A DNA stretch of 64,000 nt from Mytilus californianus (lineage: Eukaryota): assembly GCF_021869535.1 (NCBI RefSeq), contig NW_026262679.1, positions 20,956,001 through 21,020,000 of the forward strand. Reading direction: 5' to 3'. Under the pieces are notes generated by a model that was not told where the DNA came from, did no database searches, and was given only the letters and a program-made list of their open reading frames with translations. A program made the position numbers and the translations under genes. Positions within the stretch are counted from its first letter, which is position 1; the number at the start of each line of letters is the position of its first letter. Of the stretch, positions 35,680 to 48,600 are shown one piece after another.

Positions 35680-36420
35680 TAGCATCAAAATGCTGGACTT
35701 TTTAATCGACAACATATTTGATGAGTTTGGTTGATTGGTATTTTAACAGACAGTTGGTATTTCAATGGATACTTAATGTGTCCCCCTACTAGGCGACTTG
35801 TTTTTGTCCTCATATGATGCAGAATTCAGACAGAATCTTCTCAAAGACAAAAATCTTGCAAAGTTCTTTAAGTTTACTCTCAAATATATTGATGATGTCC
35901 TGTCACTCAATAACCTACATTTCAGTGAGTGCTTACATTTCATATCCTATTAAATTGAGATTTAGGATACTTCCGACACTAGAAGGTCTGCAACATGTGT
36001 TGATCTTTTCATCGATATTGACACGGAATGACAATTTCAAACTAGACTCTTTGACAAACATGATGATTTCAATTGTTCAATTGTCAACTTCCCATTTCTC
36101 ATGAATAACATACCCTCTGTCCCATTGATAACGTTTACTCATCTCAAGTAATTACTTTACGCTCGTGGATGTTCACACTTTACGGAATTAATCAATAGGG
36201 GTGTGCCCTTTACACAAAAAACAGCTCCAACAGAGTTATGAGGAAGAATGACTATAATCGACACTACATATGTTTTATTGTCACTACCTCAAACCGATGA
36301 CCGATGCGATGTGTCTGTCTCTACTCACTAGCGACATGCTTTCACGGTATAAGAGACGTTTACCATGTCGACGTTGTTCAGTTCATGCGCTTCACACAGT
36401 TTTGTGTTTTGTTTTAAAGA
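35680..36420 (+). mobile_element. Decayed Penelope-like reverse transcriptase fragment
   Basis: Translation with stops: MLDFLIDNIF...QTVGISMDT*CVPLLGDLFLSSY...KYIDDVLSLNN (YIDD at 35885-35896). Confidence 0.7.
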
Positions 36421-36943
36421 TATGGAGATCGGTAAACTACTATTGCCTCAAATTTACACATAATAATTAAAAAAAAAAAGAAAAACCAATCAGACTTGTT
36501 TAAGTTATTTTCTTCTGATGCAAATTTTTAGAATATATGTTTTCTTAGTCATAGTGTAAGCTTCATTTTCATATTTTCGGAAACCCTTGCATGAAGTTTG
36601 CTCTTTGCTCAAACGAATAAAGGAAAACTTGTGCGAGACTATGACAAATGTTTCATGGTTATCGCATATGGTTTTTATCAAGTGCAATAGCTTCTTGTTT
36701 TGTATGTGATACTAGGTAGACTAAACTGTGCATCTATCCTTCTTTACTTCATGATTTTCAATTGGACCTTTATCGTGTATAACCCGACAAATTCGAGTAT
36801 GTGTTGTTCGATCTTCTTGGGAACTTCATAAATCGGTTACTATGTTCATTTGGACAGGCTGTTGAGAGCGGTGTTGTTTGGAACGTTTTGATAATTGTAA
36901 GTGATATATTTAACGAATCCCGGATCGTTGCAATTATTATTTA

Positions 36944-37709
36944 AAACTTGATGTACGAATGGGCCCGCTCGCAAAAGGAGATGAAATTTGTGAAAGAAAG
37001 TCCGTATAACTGTTATTTTCACAAAATTTTCAAAGTCCATTAATTTCGTAATTTCGGCACACCAGCGGAGCGGAACCAAACGTAAACTCGATCTGTATCT
37101 CGCATACTAAAATTCAGCTCAATAGGTGAAGTCGTTTAGAAAAAAGTCTGTATACAATGTATCTGTTATTTTCACGATATTTTCAAAGTCCAAAGCCCAT
37201 AATTTCGGTAAAAATCAGCGGAGCAGAACCAAACATAAACTCAATCTATAACTCATCATAGTAGACTCATATACTAAAAACAGCTCAATATATGATATGA
37301 AACGTTTAGAAAAAAGTCCTTATAACTGTGATTTATACGAAATATCAAAGTTCAAAGCCCGCAATTTCGGAAAAATCAGTGGAGCGGAACCAAACGTAAA
37401 CTGGATACCAAACTCACCATAGTAGACTCACTTACTAAAATTCAGCTCAATACGTAAAGTCGTTTAGAAAAAAGTCCGTATAACTGTTATTTCCTCGATA
37501 TTTTCAGAGTCCAAAGCCCGTAATTTCGTCAAAAATCAGCGGAGTGGAACCAAACATATTAAACTCGATCTGTAACGCATCAGAGTAGACTCGCATACTA
37601 AAAATCAGCTCAATATGTGAAGGCGTTTAGGCGGAATGACGGAATGACTGAATGACAGATAAAGGTAAAACTATACGGTCCCGACCCCTTTGTGGCGGGG
37701 CCATAAAAA
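36944..37709 (+). mobile_element. HINE/Helentron-like element with four ~160-bp tandem units
   Basis: CAGYGGAGYRGAACCAAAC at 37063, 37216, 37377 and 37537; (GACGGAAT)n microsatellite; terminal GC-rich hairpin-like segment and ATAAAA. Confidence 0.6.
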
Positions 37710-37910
37710 GTAAAAGATGTCAAACCCTTGGCAATGATTTTACAATTCCTGAACAAATAAGCAAAACTACGATTCTTAATACAAATTTCAGGGTACATAT
37801 CATAACAAATAAATGTCAAATTATAGGTTTTATGAATTATTGTTGTTTTAGAGTTGTGGCACTAAACTGTTCATAAATACAATAACATTAACGGTATCAA
37901 TTTTTTTTTA

Positions 37911-37956
37911 CACAAGATGCATATTTCGACTATTTTAAAATGTCTCTTCAATGATT
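37911..37956 (-). ncRNA. Degenerate minimal hammerhead (family 3)
   Basis: Minus strand: AATCA-TTGAAGA-GAC(11 nt)GTC-GAAA-TATGCA-TC-TTGTG; C3->U and an imperfect stem I. Confidence 0.5.
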
Positions 37957-38186
37957 CTCGAGGCCGAAATACTTGAAAATCCAAACCTAATGCAAATGAG
38001 CTTATTAAACCAAACAGGACTTGAAACATAACCAAATCCGGACAACCTGTTGAATTTTATTTTCTCTGAAAAATATAAGCACAAATAAACCTTCTTAAAT
38101 GCATGTTTATTGTTTTAAGTTTTACACAAATAAACCTCTAGAAAGCTTCTTGTTTTTCATTTTCTCCAAAGGTCTGTATATGCTTC

Positions 38187-39560
38187 TCAGCAAGAAACAA
38201 ATACACGCATAAAATAAATAAAAAAACCCATCATTAACATAAACAAGACAAGACATACCATGATGTAATTAATTTCATAAACTAAATCCAAATGCCAACG
38301 ATCAATTTCAAGATTACCATTTACTTCTTCCAAATTATTCATTTTCCAATATTTTCTGTAACTTAAAGTGTGTATTGTTTCCTCTGTCACCATGATTTCT
38401 CGTTTAAAGTTCCCTTTTAAAGCATGTTTGAATGCTTGGTAAGCATACTTAAGAGCATTTTGAAAGTCTTTATTTATCAAGAAAATTTTTGATTTAGCAA
38501 TATAGAGACCCCATTTCCATCGGTCAGAAAGTTCTCCAACATTAAGCCTGAATAACAGTTCTTCAGCACTCTCAATGTCTTTTCGTGTTATGGAAACACC
38601 GTCTATATTATTCCCCAAAACACCTATTCCTAAATGAAGATGAGCTAGTTTGATAAAAAATATATTATGGAAATCTGATGCAACTGTTTGATACTCCCTA
38701 CAAAAATGATCAATAGCCTTTTCTGCAGTAGCAAACAAAATAAACTTTAACTTACTTTCATGTGTTTGCTCATACTCTAAGCATAAAAAGTTATATTTAA
38801 TATAAAATACAAGTCCGGTTTCACGACAAGCCGGTAAATGGTCAACGTAATGTTCTGCCGTTTCTATATAGTCCTTATATGCTTCTTCGCGAAGAGCTGG
38901 ATTTGACATAATTATGGCAGAACCTTTTCGTGCTAAGTACATCATTAACACCAGAACTGGATTTGATGTGAATGGAGTTACTTTTTCAATTTCGAAGAGA
39001 ACATTTGTACAAAGAAGATTACTGTCATATTTCAATCTCATATTTTCGCACTGTGCATCTCTAACGAAGAAATATCTATCTGCAAGCTTTACTTGCTCTT
39101 TTCTCGTCAATGTTCCGCGGTACGATATGTCTGTCCATTTTTGTACCACATCGTTTACTTCTTTGTCAAATGATATTTGGTTCCCTGTCAGAGAATATGT
39201 TTTAAGGTGATGTCTAAATTCCACTAGTGCGCGTCTATCTTTTGTGAAAAGTTTAATTTTAATGGCATAGTAAACCTCTTCATTTTGGCACCTTTTAATT
39301 TTTCTTTGAATTTCTTCAATCAAAAATATGTACGCACCTTGATACGAGAAAATCTTAAAAACATCTTCCAAAGTCAAAGAGTTAAGAGCCTTTTCTATAA
39401 AATAATATACTCTATCGTGTCTGTAACGAAACGTTCTTAGTTTAGAGCACACTTGTAATGGCAAAAAACTGTATAAACACGGCAAAACATAAAGTGGATC
39501 AAAGTCCTCAACAATACTAGGTAACATTTCCTTAATTACATCCTGTTCCGTTTCATCCAT
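38187..39560 (-). CDS. Intronless 457-aa protein: CARD/death-fold-like N-terminus, helical (TPR-like) middle, C-terminal transmembrane helix
   Basis: Uninterrupted 1374-nt ORF from ATG in very AT-rich DNA. The N-terminal SIVEDFDPLYVLPCLYSFL resembles the RIG-I CARD1 helix 1-2 pattern (YIRKTLDPTYILSYM). The C-terminal IMVCLVLFMLMMGFFIYFM is hydrophobic. Domain calls are by eye. Confidence 0.75.
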   Translation of the reverse strand: MDETEQDVIKEMLPSIVEDFDPLYVLPCLYSFLPLQVCSKLRTFRYRHDRVYYFIEKALNSLTLEDVFKIFSYQGAYIFLIEEIQRKIKRCQNEEVYYAIKIKLFTKDRRALVEFRHHLKTYSLTGNQISFDKEVNDVVQKWTDISYRGTLTRKEQVKLADRYFFVRDAQCENMRLKYDSNLLCTNVLFEIEKVTPFTSNPVLVLMMYLARKGSAIIMSNPALREEAYKDYIETAEHYVDHLPACRETGLVFYIKYNFLCLEYEQTHESKLKFILFATAEKAIDHFCREYQTVASDFHNIFFIKLAHLHLGIGVLGNNIDGVSITRKDIESAEELLFRLNVGELSDRWKWGLYIAKSKIFLINKDFQNALKYAYQAFKHALKGNFKREIMVTEETIHTLSYRKYWKMNNLEEVNGNLEIDRWHLDLVYEINYIMVCLVLFMLMMGFFIYFMRVFVSC

Positions 39561-39991
39561 TATTTGGTTGTCTAAATGACATTAAAGCTTGTTTCAAATC
39601 CAATAACATACCAAATAGACCTGTGCGGCGGTCACATTAGGCGTGATAAATATGCTAACATGTAATCTATATATGCACAGATAATACTGCGTCCGGAAAC
39701 AGATCAAGTATTTTCACAATTGCCCGTCAACTTAAAATAGAACAGTTTCGTTTATTTTTATGACAAATAGTCCAAAGATAACCCTATCAATCATCATTAC
39801 GAGTTTCTTATCATTCAGTTTTTGATCTGAACTCTTGATACACGCTATAACCATGTTAAGAGCTGGTAGTAAATTAAAAACACTATAGTAACATATTTTT
39901 TCAAAAGGTCAAATGAATCAACAAGTTTTTTTTAATTCAGTAACGTCTTAATGTACACATATACACATGAATAAATATTACATAATATGAG

Positions 39992-41268
39992 AATAAAATG
40001 CTCCGCGGATTGCAGCTTGAGACGACAGAAGAAGAGGTCGAACACTGAACAGTTGGGGCAAGTATGGTGACAACATTCAAGCTTGATACAGCTCTGAATT
40101 TGGATTGTGATTAAATATTTGACACAGCATGAAATTGGTTATTTACCTATTATGGTGCAATAACCAAAATCTAAATACATGTTTAGATTCAGCTTATCAA
40201 AGCACCCCAAATTTCAATTTTTGTTGAAATCAAACAGTGTAATTTTGGACCCTAATTTGGACCAACTTGAAAACTGGGCCCAAAATCAAAAATAAAAATG
40301 CATGTTTAGATTCAGCATATCAAAGATCCTCAAGAATTCAATATTGTTACTAAGTTTAATTTTGGACCCTTTGGACCTTAATGTGGACCAATTTCAAATC
40401 CAGGCCCAAAATCAAAAATCTAGATATGATCAGATGTACGGTTAGATTCAGCACATCAAAGAACCCCAAAAATTCAATATTTGTTGAAGGCAAACAAAAT
40501 TTGATTTTGAACCCTTTTGACCTTAATGTGGACCAATTTGAAAACGGGGCCCAAAAGAAAAAAAAATCTAAATACACGGTTAGATTTTGGCATATCAAAG
40601 AACCTAAAGAATTCAGTTTTCGATGAAATCAAACAAAGTTTAATTTTGGACCCTTTGGACCTCAATAAGGACCAATTAAAAAACGGGGCCCAAAATCCTA
40701 AATCTTGAATTTAACTCCATTAGGATTGGTCAAGGAATAAGCAATTTATACAAAGTATTATTGGTTTTGCCCCCTTTTTGGGTCCATAACCCCAAAAATC
40801 AATCTCAACCTTTCGTTTATGGAATAGAACCTTGTTGTACATTGACTAATACCCAAGTTGTTGTCTTGAAACCAGAATATCCTTGTTTTCGGCCCCTTAT
40901 TCTCAAACTGTTTTGGCTATAACTCCCAAAATCATTCCCAACCTTCCTTTTGAGGTATGGAACCTTGTGGTACAATTTCATAGAGATCCATACACTTATA
41001 CGCGTCAAGTTATTTTCCGGAAACAAGAAAATTGCTTGTTTTGGCCCCTTTATCACTTATTCATAAAGAATTGGGACAAAAAAAAACCAAATTCAATTCC
41101 AACCTTCCTTTTGTAGTATGAAACCTTGTGGTACAATTTCATAGAGATCCATTTACTTATATCCGAGTTATTGTCTGGAAAGCAAATGTCTTCGGACGAA
41201 AACGACGACGACTACTACGACATCGCCATACCATTATACGGTCGCAAATTTTTGCGGTCGTATAAAAA
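39992..41268 (+). mobile_element. HINE/Helentron-like element with a ~115-bp tandem array
   Basis: Repeated TTTTGGACCC...GGACCAA...GGGCCCAAAA...TTAGATTCAGCA units at 40140-40700; (GAC)n tract; terminal hairpin TATACGGTCGCAAATTTTTGCGGTCGTATA followed by an A run. Confidence 0.65.
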
Positions 41269-44200
41269 CCACTGGCGTGGGGATCGAGTTGTGAGTGCAG
41301 GTGGGGGTATGGGACGATTTCATAAATTGTAATTATAAATTAAAAATCTATAATTGATACGTTTCCGGTAAAAGTAGTCAATTATAAAGATCATTCGATT
41401 ATCGTACCCCTAAAAGCATTAGTAAATCCATGGTATCACACTTAGTAATACATGTTACAGAATGTATAATGCCATTAATGAGAAAAACGCTTAATTTTTT
41501 TTTTTACTTTTGCACATGAAGAACAAATTGCTTTCTTTGATAAAAAAAATTCTCTATAGGTGAACCCGAGACCGCTGACAGGTCATCAAAAACTGTTCAT
41601 GATTTGTTTTACTTTTTATATGAAATAGATAACTGTGAATAAGGTATAAATGAATTAAGACACCTTTATTTAAAATATTCAATTGGGTACATTGTTGGTT
41701 TAGAGTCGTTAATTTGTGTAAATTCTTGCACAATTCAATTAAAAGCACTATTGGGTTTCAGTTGTAAATAGAAAATTGAATACAGCTACCATTGGATTTT
41801 ACCTTTTATGCATTGACTAATTATTTTCATCGTTTTTCCTTCGCCTAGTATACCAAGTCCTAATCCTATTGCAAACAGGATGGCCAAAGAAACTTAAATG
41901 CAAGTTGCAAAGACCAATCTTATTATAACTGAATATTAGCACTTACGTTGCTCTATTTTCTGGATGCATTTATTATATCGTTCATACCTTCAATTTTGTT
42001 TCTTGGACACTTTCAATATATTGCAACTTCAGTGTTGGTCGTATACTCATTATGCAAGCAGTCTGTGACAACCATACCTAATTTATTTGTAAATGTAAGT
42101 CCTGGGAGATATGGGATATCAGGACAGTGCCTTTGTGTTAACGTCTGTACAAATCACATCGCGGAAAATTGAATATGAATTTTCGCACTATTGATTAATT
42201 GAATTTAGGACACGTAGGAGCGTCCCATGTGACTTTAAAACATGTTCGTCATTGATATATATTGACATCTAGTTATTTCTTTTGTTGTTGTTGTGTTATT
42301 GTCATGTGACTTTTACCCAATACCGGTATATCCTTTCATATAAAATGGTTCTTTTTAGAGCTTGGTCAGGTATTCATAAATCTTCTGAAACCAAGATATT
42401 CTTCCAAACTAAATTTTAGTCCTTATGAGGTGTACAATTTTCCTTTTTATTCTTCAAAACTCAGTTTGCAATGATATCATTAAGTGCCTTACAGTCCCGG
42501 CTTCAATAACATATATCCTTAATGCTACCTGCTGACACAATTGCACGTTTACTGCTCTATCACTTGTGTTTCAACGCAGGGATGTGAAGCTCGGCATGAA
42601 AAAAAACCCCAACAGTAAACAAGACAACCAGGGTGCTGGAATAAAAAAAAAATCAGATAAAAAGACTAATGCAGAACTAGTTCTCTCGGATGTATAATAA
42701 CTTCATACAGTACTGACCAAACTGATCACCAACATCAAAGACAGATTCGTTGACATAGACGCCATTGATCTAATTTCAGTTATACATTTTAGTGTGCACC
42801 GATGTCCTCATAGGTCTTTTTGGAATCAATGAGAAGATGACTTTCCCATGGACCCAGACGAAAAACAGACACAACGGCAAGATTATTCAATTAATTAATT
42901 GACACAATGATATTACAGTACACGTCATTGCCTCAACAACATTCTTCTAAACAACTCCAAGGAAACAAGGCTAAACGACATCTACCCATGGATTTTCATA
43001 CTAAGTGTCGCAATGACAGATTCCACCACACTTAGTTCTATCACAGCTGACGTAAAACGGATATTCTCTCAGGTTTTGCCTAGCCTTATTAACCAAAATA
43101 ACAGACGAACAGTATGCATTTCTTTTAATTTGTTGTATTTTGTGTTGCTTTCTTAGGTCTAGGAAAAATTATCTGTGAGATGAAATTATAAGGTGAATGT
43201 CTGGGAGAGGCAATACAAAAGTGATGTGAAAATCCCTGATATTTGGTTTATATTGTGTAACAGTACTAATACGAAAGATTCGTTGGACTATATGAAATTT
43301 ATTTCTGGATGAGTGTCTGAGAGCTACAGTTCAGAAGTTTTTAGACAACTACTAGTGCTGAATATACATTGATTTTTCTGGATTTTTGATTTTTTTCCAT
43401 TGTTCCTATGTTGTGCTATGCTGTGAGGCTATAATGTGAAATGTTATTTTGTGTTTATGCATATATGAGTGAGTTAATTGTCTGTGCTCTTAAGATGTCA
43501 TAGTTTTTGTTTTTACTGATGTGAGAAATGAGTGTGTATTGTTATGTATACTGTAACATATTTTATATAATAATAAATAAATAACACAACAACTTATGTA
43601 TTTTATTGGAAACATATTATGCAGAAGTGAATTGTGAATTAAAAAAAAAAAAAATAGAAAGCACACAAAAACGTAGACAAAAAGTACAAAAACTGTCGAG
43701 TGACCTTCCGGATCCACTGGCGCCGTTTCCTTTTCAATTTCTGTCCGGGCACTGTTACGCAAATGTCAAAGACAAAAGAGAGAGATGTTAAACATTGGCG
43801 TTACAGTAAAACAAAATTAAGGAAGTAGACAAAAAGAACAGTTTTCAAATTCAATAATGATATATGAAATTTGTTTAGCATCAACAAAATATAGTATTTA
43901 TACTACTAAAATAACGAGGTCCAATTCGTTAGCCGGCATGACGTAAAAACGACGAATCATTATATATAACTAATATAGGACAATGGTTATGGTTTTGATT
44001 AAAAATTACACCACTCCAGGCCCTTTTGTTTTCCACATAATTAATATTACCAATAATAAACAAGTTCCGGGTCGAATCCCATTCCGATACCAATAACAAA
44101 TAAAATTGATAATGGAAATGGGGAATGTGTCAAAGAGACAACAACCCGACCAAAGAGCAGAAAACAATAGCATATGTCACCTGTTACCTGTTACTTAATC

Positions 44201-45029
44201 TGTACGTTCCGCCTATGTCAGGCGCACCACCAAACGGTGTAATTGGGATTTGCTATATACACGGGTCAGAATCACACATGAACTTCGTCATTATACAGGG
44301 ATTTACACTACTAAATTCAATTCACATGTAGTTTCCGGTTGTAGTAAGAAAGCCAGAACGGGTTCAAACGGAAAGATTTTGAAAGCAGAGAAAACTGTGC
44401 ACCTTATAATCAGCACGACTTTGTCAGATGACAATACGAACCAAATTACGCGTGTGTGTTCTAGTATACCTTAAAAAGATAGTATTAGAGAAGTATATAC
44501 ACATCGCTTCGAAAATAAGGTATGCATTTCATACTTGAATCATGAGCTATATTTTTTAGTAATCACATGCTCTGAAAGGATGCCTTAAAGAGGATTGGAT
44601 AGGTTTCAATTTTATTTTCAGGCGAGTAGAAATTCAACATGAATAGATACAACAGCACACAGTATGGCAATTTCAATATACCAAACTAGTGATCAAAGAA
44701 AAGTATTAAAACGAAGAATAGTCACTTTGTTTTAGTTTTATTTATCAAGAGTGACTATACACTGATAAGAAAAATAAAAATATGAAATATCTGTTAACGA
44801 AAGACCAGGAAAGCAGCAATATCCATAACGAAAAGAAATAGTGGGTAACGAAAAAATAACCTTTTAAAAAGGTATTTATCATGGGGATATAATAATTGCT
44901 CCCAAACTGCGACTCGGGGTCTTTTTCAAAAAAGGGATTTAAATCTACATCTAAATATAATATCTTAGCTTTTTGTGTGATTTTTCAGTTTTATAAATTT
45001 ATAAATGCTCTTCGATATATAAGTAACAC

Positions 45030-45215
45030 TTTAAAACGCTTTTCTGGATTTATCTTCACCAGGAACGCTCAAAACCAAACATTTGAAAGCCAAAGATGTA
45101 CTAAAAACTGAACACGTCGGGAACGTCAAGACCAAAAGGAACCTGAAAAGTATAGCCAAATTCATCTCAGGTCGCATTTGTCTTAGTAACATTAGTTTCT
45201 TAATAATTTCCAAAG
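45030..45215 (-). mobile_element. Partial family-2 retrozyme with a mutated hammerhead
   Basis: Minus strand GAGCGTTC-CTGGTGA-AGATAAATCCA-GAAA-AGCG; the upstream ~140 nt aligns with 53190-53330. Confidence 0.65.
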
Positions 45216-45667
45216 TAATTAATAGAGAATATAAGAAAAGTAAGATAAATATAGACCTGTACTTTTAAAATTTTTTGGAAAATTTTGATTTTTATCTCAA
45301 AACTGAAAGCAAAGGACATTTCAAACTAACAAATTATAACGAAAGGATATCTATGCACATTTTTTAAATATAAAATTGAAGTTGTGTGGTTTTAAATACT
45401 ATTTGATGCATGCAAAATTGTATATCAATGTGAAGTTTGCAATAATCTATCAACATAGCAATATTTTGAGCTCGCTAACATTAATATTTTTTAACGGATA
45501 AATATATAATGTTTGAAATTCTTTTAAGCACAATATATATATTTTAAAAATTAAATTCCACAAACTTTAATAACTGAAAACAAAAACTGATTATGGTGGA
45601 AAGCGCGCCTCTTTTGCGTATGAAAGACAGAGCTTTTACGGATATTTTTTTCTGGTGATATACTACT

Positions 45668-48600
45668 TCATCTCTTTGGAACATAACAAAATTCCCATGA
45701 TTTCAATTGATGATCTACATAACACCATGGCTGTCCTTTTCCGTCTGGATCCCGGCAGTAATTTGTCACATGATCATCTGAGTTGATAGGTAAACGAGAG
45801 TTTTTTTGTAGATTCCAAATCATACAGGTTGTTCCATCAACTGTACAGGACACTTTTCCGTTGTATGTAGTGCTATTAAGATACCGATCTTCAACTGAAA
45901 TCAACGACAGAGGTAGATAATGGCTTCTTATTTTAAAGTTTTGTCTTCCGCTAAGACTTAGTAAAATGCAAAGATTTAACTATAAATAAGGGCAACAGTA
46001 GTTTAGGCAAAGTGGACCGTACGTGATTTGGCTGTTCTGTTTGGGTAATGGCGTATCTACGCATCCCTGGCTTTCAAATGTTCAAGTTTGAGCGTTCCTG
46101 GTGAAGGTAAATCCAGAAAAGCGCTTCAGCCGCACAAACGTATAATGACTTATTCCTTATTTCATTTATTTTAACGATGTTCAAAACACGTAAATCTAAT
46201 TTGCGCTGCAAACGGTAGAGGGGTTCAACCGTTGACAAAATAAGTCTTCTGTTATGCTCGCATAATTTCCATCCAAACTTGGTAAAAAATCACGATAGGG
46301 AATAAGACACTGTCTGCATTTAAAAATCTAACGACTTTTCTAATGTCTATTAAAAGATCTCAGACCACTTATATGAGATACGGATGCATCACAAAATCTA
46401 ACCAATTCATTATTGTGGACATAAAACTTCGAAGTTGGGATTTCAGTCGCTCTTCTTCCTAACCCTAGCCGGCCTGCTATGGAGACGTTTTTGCGTTAGG
46501 AGTACATCCTTTGAATGAGGTCCGTATAATGCAAATATGCATGCGCGTACCTTATCAACAGTCTATTATGAAATGACCAACGTACTTCTAATGGTTTGAA
46601 TTTTTATCAAATTTATGACAATCGGGACTAAATTGTTAATTTTCGATTCCTGCCTAGAGTTTACATTCTTTTTTTTTTACTGAGATATGATATGAGCAAT
46701 TACGTCTTATCTTTCATGAGCGTGATATGTTTATTCCTTAAATTTTTACAACCATCAAAGCTTGTCTTTATGTTGTTTTTCCTTTTTGCCATGCCGTTGT
46801 CAGTTTTTTTTCGACTTATGATGCTTTGGTGTCTTCGGCCTCTCTTTCATTCGGAAAATGCCAGAACGAAGTCGGGAGTATGACAGTTGTTTTCCAGTCA
46901 TTCGGTTGGTTGATATAGTCGAGCGTCTGTAAATATAAATACACAAGCACGTGCAATCGTACTATAATGATTTTTATTCTAGATCTGTTTGATTTCGTGT
47001 CACAGATTTAAAATATGGAAATCATTGTTTTTTACCTTATAAGAATGCTTTTTTGAGGGTCAAATAAATCAACGAAATGACTCCCTTGTTTCACTTTCAA
47101 TGTTGACATTCTTTACTTTTTTATAGACGAACACGTTTAGCACATTCTTTACCCATCTCCAGGTAAGGGTCAAATTGAAGGTTGCGTGAATACAAATTCA
47201 AATGAGGTTGAATTATTGAAATTCAATTATACATCAGCGATGTTTTTGAGCTTATTTTGACAAAATTGAACCAAATTGACTTCTGAAAGCGAAATATTTA
47301 TTTTACTTCACAATTCCGCTTTTATCAATGTTATACCAAAACACATAATATTTCATGTTTTTGGTCTAAATCATAGCTAATGCCTCTTTAAAAAAATCAA
47401 ATATACAGTGAATACAGTTTACCCTTTCAAAACGTATACCGTATATATAATTTGTTCAATACTTGAATATACCTTATGTTTTTTTTCAGTCATTCTGTTA
47501 ATTGATAGAGTTCAGCGTTTGGATTTGTTTGCTTTTAAGGACTACCCTTTTCTTAATTTACATTGGAGTTCGGTATTTTTTGTTATTACATTTTGTTATA
47601 CAATGTGTACGTACCAGAACAAGATGTGTTGAACTCCGACCAATGGTTACCATTGGTACATGTAGATATTGGACAATGTGGAACAGACACTCCTGGCTTA
47701 AAAGACTGGCATGTGTATATGGCAGCTACAACTCCATATGTTATATTATAACTTACTATTGTTCCTGGTTTTGCTACTGGCGGCATAGTACAGTCATTAC
47801 CTGAAAATTACAAGGCTAAAGATTTGAAAATAAGAATACATAAGTTTTTTGTGAAGAAATATTCTTAAATGAGTTAAAAAAAAACCTGCGCGTATCTTCA
47901 AATATGTATGATATATATTGATGTCGTCTAAAATACAGGTATTCTTGGAAGATTTTTGGGTTCGCTATCTTATGTCTATGGTTCTTTTACTTACTGAATG
48001 TTATTAAATACCAGTGTAATCGTGCATTAAGTTTGTGCATAATATGTCAGATAATATCATCAAAGGTTGTAATCATGACTTCATTTATGCAGGTTTTTTT
48101 TCATTTAGAAAATATTGTGTTGATTCCAGAACCTTCACTTGAAGCGATATAATATGGGTGCTATATGCTAACACTTAAAATGCCTTTTTATATCTTATTT
48201 CTTGTTAAGTTTTAAGGTTTTATATTGTTTTGTTCATTTTCTTAAGTAAGATTGAAGCTAGTTATTGTTATGTATAAATACATGCATTGTCTGATTGGAA
48301 ACAGGACCCGGTTGTTCATCTCTTTGTTAAATTTTAACCAAAGGTTAAATATCATAACCCTTGGTTAAAATTTAACCCTAGGTTATTTTGTGTTGTTCAT
48401 CCTGTGGTTAAATTTAACCCTTTGTTAAATCCTTGGTTAAATGATTCAGATTTAACCTTGATTCGGACCTCTGTTAAAATTTTAACCAAGGAATAGTTTT
48501 GTCTAAAAGTACGATTCCCTGTTTATTTCTAGATTGGGAAGGTCACTAAACGTTTGATACAACATATTCTTCGTTTTCTACGACCATTAGAAATCAAAAA

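Noticed and set aside
38187-39560. Naming the gene MAVS or a RIG-I-like receptor
   Set aside because: There is no helicase domain, the middle looks folded rather than disordered, and the CARD call is by eye only.
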